From Paraspadella gotoi (lineage: Eukaryota; Animalia; Chaetognatha), in assembly GCA_051294375.1 (NCBI GenBank), contig CM119271.1:11737896-11801895 (forward strand): a DNA stretch of 64,000 nucleotides, in the 5' to 3' direction. Shown piece after piece: positions 55,074 to 64,000 of the stretch. The position numbers were made by a program, and so were the translations under genes. Every line of letters starts with the position of its first letter. The stretch's first letter is position 1. A model generated the notes under the pieces. That model was not told where the DNA came from and ran no database searches. It saw nothing but the letters and a program-made list of their open reading frames with translations.

Positions 55074-56774
55074 TCAAAGAATTTTTTCCTCGTCAGTTTC
55101 CTCCCCTTTAAGCAAAGATCTTTTCATCTCATCAAATCCCGAATCCGCGATTTTCTCAACTTTATAAGTTTTCGATCTTCGACGACAGCAATCGGGTCGT
55201 CCGAACGCCTCCGCGTCCTCCAGCGTCTCCGGCAGCGTCACGTTCCGCGTTTCCGGCAAAGCGAGGACGATGACGCCGGCGGCGACGGACAAGACCCCGA
55301 AGACGCCGAGAGGCAGTTCCGGCCACTGACGCTTCATGGCTTCGCCGACGACCGTGGCGGCGAAGATTCCGCCGAGACGAGCCGAGAAAGAGCAGACGCC
55401 GATGCCGATGGTCCGGACGCAGGTCGGGTAGAGTTCTCCGCTGAAGATGTAAATAATGGCGAAGGAGGCGGAAATGCTGCATTTCCCGATTTGCGCCAAA
55501 ATGTTGACGGTTGAGGGGTCGGGAAAAAACGGGCAAAGGGCGCAAGCGATGCCGCCGATAATGAAGGATCCGCTGGTGATGAAGCGACGTCCGACGAAAA
55601 ACATGAGAATCAAAAGCAAGAATATCGAGGGAAACTCGACGAGCCCGTTGAGGATGACCTTCGTAAAAGGGTCACCCGCCAAGGCCGTTAGATTCATGGT
55701 GATCCCGTAATAGGTCATGTTGACGACGAACCAACAGAAGCAAAGGACGAGCGTCTTGAAGGCCAAATTGGGTCGACGGAAAAGACTGAGAAGAGATAAC
55801 CTCTCCTTCTTAGGATTCTCCGCTTCCTCCAAGACTCTCTTCACCAAATCATCGATAAAAGTCTGAGGTATCGTTCTCTTGTTGACGGCGGCCGCGCGGA
55901 AAATCGCCTTCTTGAACCGAATCAACTTTCCTCTCGTCAACAACCAACGAGGAGATTCGGGAACGATGAAGATGTAGATAAGAAAGATGGCGACGGGGAG
56001 AGACCCGGCTAATTGAAGCCAACGCCAAGGCCGGATGTAACTGGCTACCAAGCCAAAAACGGACACGCCCATAGCGAAGGCAAGGCCGATGAGAATCCCG
56101 ATGATGGCTCGAGCTTTCGGACCGAAAAGCTCCAGTAAAAGAACGAAAAAGGCGAGACCCACTCCGTAGGAGCAGACCATGGAGAGGGTTCGCATGAGCA
56201 CGATGGACCAATAGCTTTTCATGAGCGCCGTCGCGACGCCGAAGATCAAAATGCCGACGATCCCGACGGAGATGGCGGTGTGGCGACCGAATCTGTCCGA
56301 GATGTCGCCAAAGACGAGAGATCCGATCAACATCCCGACAAAGACCATGGAATTGGCCAACTCTACGAGGGTAAAAGACTCGCAGTAAAGATTCAATTGG
56401 GTGACGACGTTGTCGGGAAAGTAAGTGTGATCGTAGACCCAGGAGGTGCAGTTGATCGTGGAGGAGTTGTCGACGGTAACGTCGGGAAAGACTCCGGTGT
56501 GGTTGAAGTATCGACAAGAGTCGAGAGCGCCGTCGTCCTTGATGGGAACGAGGCGGGAGACGAGCGCGCCCTCGGGTGTCGAGGCGTTGATGAAAAAGTC
56601 GTCATGGGGAATCGAGGGAAGGCGACATCTATGAGGTGGAACGGCGAAAGTGAAGGTGTTCATGTATGTTTGGAATCCTTGGGGAATTCCAGTAATGATC
56701 ACCAACAAAAATACCATCAATTGGTATTTTCCGTAGGAGCCGACGTATTGAAAAACGTCATCGAAATTCACCAT
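55074..56774 (-). CDS. SLC22 organic cation/carnitine transporter (Orct-like), intronless
   Basis: FDDV..VGSYGKYQ, HRC.., WVYD, FGDISDRFGR, PESPRWL, ELYPTCVRT.G.G, LPET..LPETLED. Confidence 0.93.
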   Translation of the reverse strand: MVNFDDVFQYVGSYGKYQLMVFLLVIITGIPQGFQTYMNTFTFAVPPHRCRLPSIPHDDFFINASTPEGALVSRLVPIKDDGALDSCRYFNHTGVFPDVTVDNSSTINCTSWVYDHTYFPDNVVTQLNLYCESFTLVELANSMVFVGMLIGSLVFGDISDRFGRHTAISVGIVGILIFGVATALMKSYWSIVLMRTLSMVCSYGVGLAFFVLLLELFGPKARAIIGILIGLAFAMGVSVFGLVASYIRPWRWLQLAGSLPVAIFLIYIFIVPESPRWLLTRGKLIRFKKAIFRAAAVNKRTIPQTFIDDLVKRVLEEAENPKKERLSLLSLFRRPNLAFKTLVLCFCWFVVNMTYYGITMNLTALAGDPFTKVILNGLVEFPSIFLLLILMFFVGRRFITSGSFIIGGIACALCPFFPDPSTVNILAQIGKCSISASFAIIYIFSGELYPTCVRTIGIGVCSFSARLGGIFAATVVGEAMKRQWPELPLGVFGVLSVAAGVIVLALPETRNVTLPETLEDAEAFGRPDCCRRRSKTYKVEKIADSGFDEMKRSLLKGEETDEEKIL

Positions 56775-57075
56775 TTTGGTTAATGTTTAAAAAAGTTTTT
56801 TTTTCTATAATTACGCAATTTAATTTATAAGTTGGAATTTTAGAAATTCATTTCCATTTTCTGAAAAAGAAAAACAACGGGATAGAATTCGAGAAAAAAA
56901 AACGTACTAAAAATAACAACAATAGAAAAGTTAATTAATTAATTAACTTATTAGAATTTTAGAAATAACAATAAAAAAGTTAATTATCAAAATATAAGGC
57001 AGTCTTCTTGACTATTTTGCCTTTTCTCCCAACGAAACGAAAGTCATTTCACGATAACTAAACGTGATTGTTTTC

Positions 57076-62847
<5,772 letters not shown>

Positions 62848-63202
62848 GTTTTGTTTGTTTCTTTTTTTTTTTTGGTTTTGTTTGGCCCTTCAAAAAAGAA
62901 ACGTTTAATCGAGGTATAAAACTAAGAAAAATTGACACGAAGAAATAATAGGTTAAGTCGTAGGACGAACAAGGCACTTGGTGTGAGAGAACAATGGAAT
63001 TCTGAAGAAAAGAAAAAAAAAATTGTGAGATTGTGAATTGGAACGATGTGACTAGTTAGGCTTTTTCTTTTTCTTTTTCATCGATGGTATTTCTTTGATA
63101 TTCGCATTGAGAGTAAAGACTAAAGAAATACAATCAATGAATCAAGATTGACAACAACAACAACAACAAAAAACTGTCAATTCTTATTTTTCTTCGCAAA
63201 TA

Positions 63203-63237
<35 letters not shown>

Positions 63238-63244
<7 letters not shown>

Positions 63245-64000
63245 CTCTTCTCCCTCTTCCACACAATAACCCTCCCCGCCGCGTCGCACGAGGCCAATAA
63301 ACTCTCGTCGTAATTAAAAGCGACATCTATCGCCGGCGCCGCGTGTCCCAAAAGACGATTGACGCGCGGACGAGGCGACTCGCGTTCCACGTCGAAAAAG
63401 TTGACGCTGCCGTCCAATCCGCCGGAAATGACGCAAGCGCCCTCGCTGAACGACATGAGCGGGCAAAAATTTGCGCGGACGGGCAGAGCGGGGCCGTCGA
63501 GGCGAGCTGCGTCCGGTGCCGGATCGGCGAGCGGGATACAGCGCCGCAGCTGCAGAGCGCCGGGCGTGTTGGAGAGTACGCGGAAGAGGAGGAGAGCGTT
63601 GGGTCCGGCGTTGGCGAGAAGCGTGGGATCTCGAGCCTCGCGACTCAACCAAGTCTTCGTGCGGAGACTCGTGATGGCGCGGCGACGCAGGGGGGAATCG
63701 GCGGCTGCTGCTGCTGCTGCTTCGTTCTCCGTCTTCGGCGAAATGTAAACCGTCCTCTTCGTCTTCGTCGCGATTCTTCCTTTGTGGACGTCGAACCCGA
63801 CGGCGACGATGGCGCCGCTTTCCGTCCCCGCCCACAAGATGGCGCCGGGATTGACGGCGTCGTCAAACGCCAAAGCCGTGACGGCGCTAGTGACGCCGCC
63901 TTTGGCGTTGCCTCGTTTCTCGCCGAGACTGACTCTTCTAAACGCCATGGCGGCGGCGGCGGCGACGCCTGGCGCCGGTTTGGCTACGCCGACGGCGCCG
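63238..64000 (-). CDS. WDR13: WD repeat protein 13, C-terminal part (gene starts beyond the window)
   Basis: TWLSREARDPTLLAN, FCPLMSF..GACV.SG, VNRLLGH.AP..DV.FNYDESLLASCD..G.VIVWKRE. Confidence 0.92.

Overview
Gene-dense nuclear DNA from a compact invertebrate (metazoan) genome: AT-rich short spliceosomal introns, GC/CpG-rich exons; the species cannot be identified from this window. I reconstruct 27 protein-coding genes, 26 on the minus strand, including an unbroken run of 22 co-oriented genes (11.7-64 kb). Stop-to-ATG gaps are often 200-400 bp, and most ATGs have a splice-acceptor-like AG just upstream, which suggests a very large operon-like, possibly SL trans-spliced, domain. It holds six ribosomal protein genes (RPL4, RPS8, RPL10A, RPS13, RPL18A, RPLP1) plus RBM19, NSUN2, U2AF2, IGF2BP, ELOF1 and MED10; TP53RK lies in the four-gene minus-strand block to the left. 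The most striking single gene is RPL4: its last exon runs in frame into an ~850-aa extension built on about 38 [13 protein letters not shown] repeats. Other highlights: a Penelope-like insertion with an intact minimal hammerhead ribozyme, a tRNA-derived element bounded by inverted repeats, a BTB-MBT fusion gene, a putatively lipidated type II fibrinogen-domain receptor (the only plus-strand gene), and a GC-AG intron plus candidate microexon in U2AF2. Exon boundaries were read by eye and may be off by a few bases.
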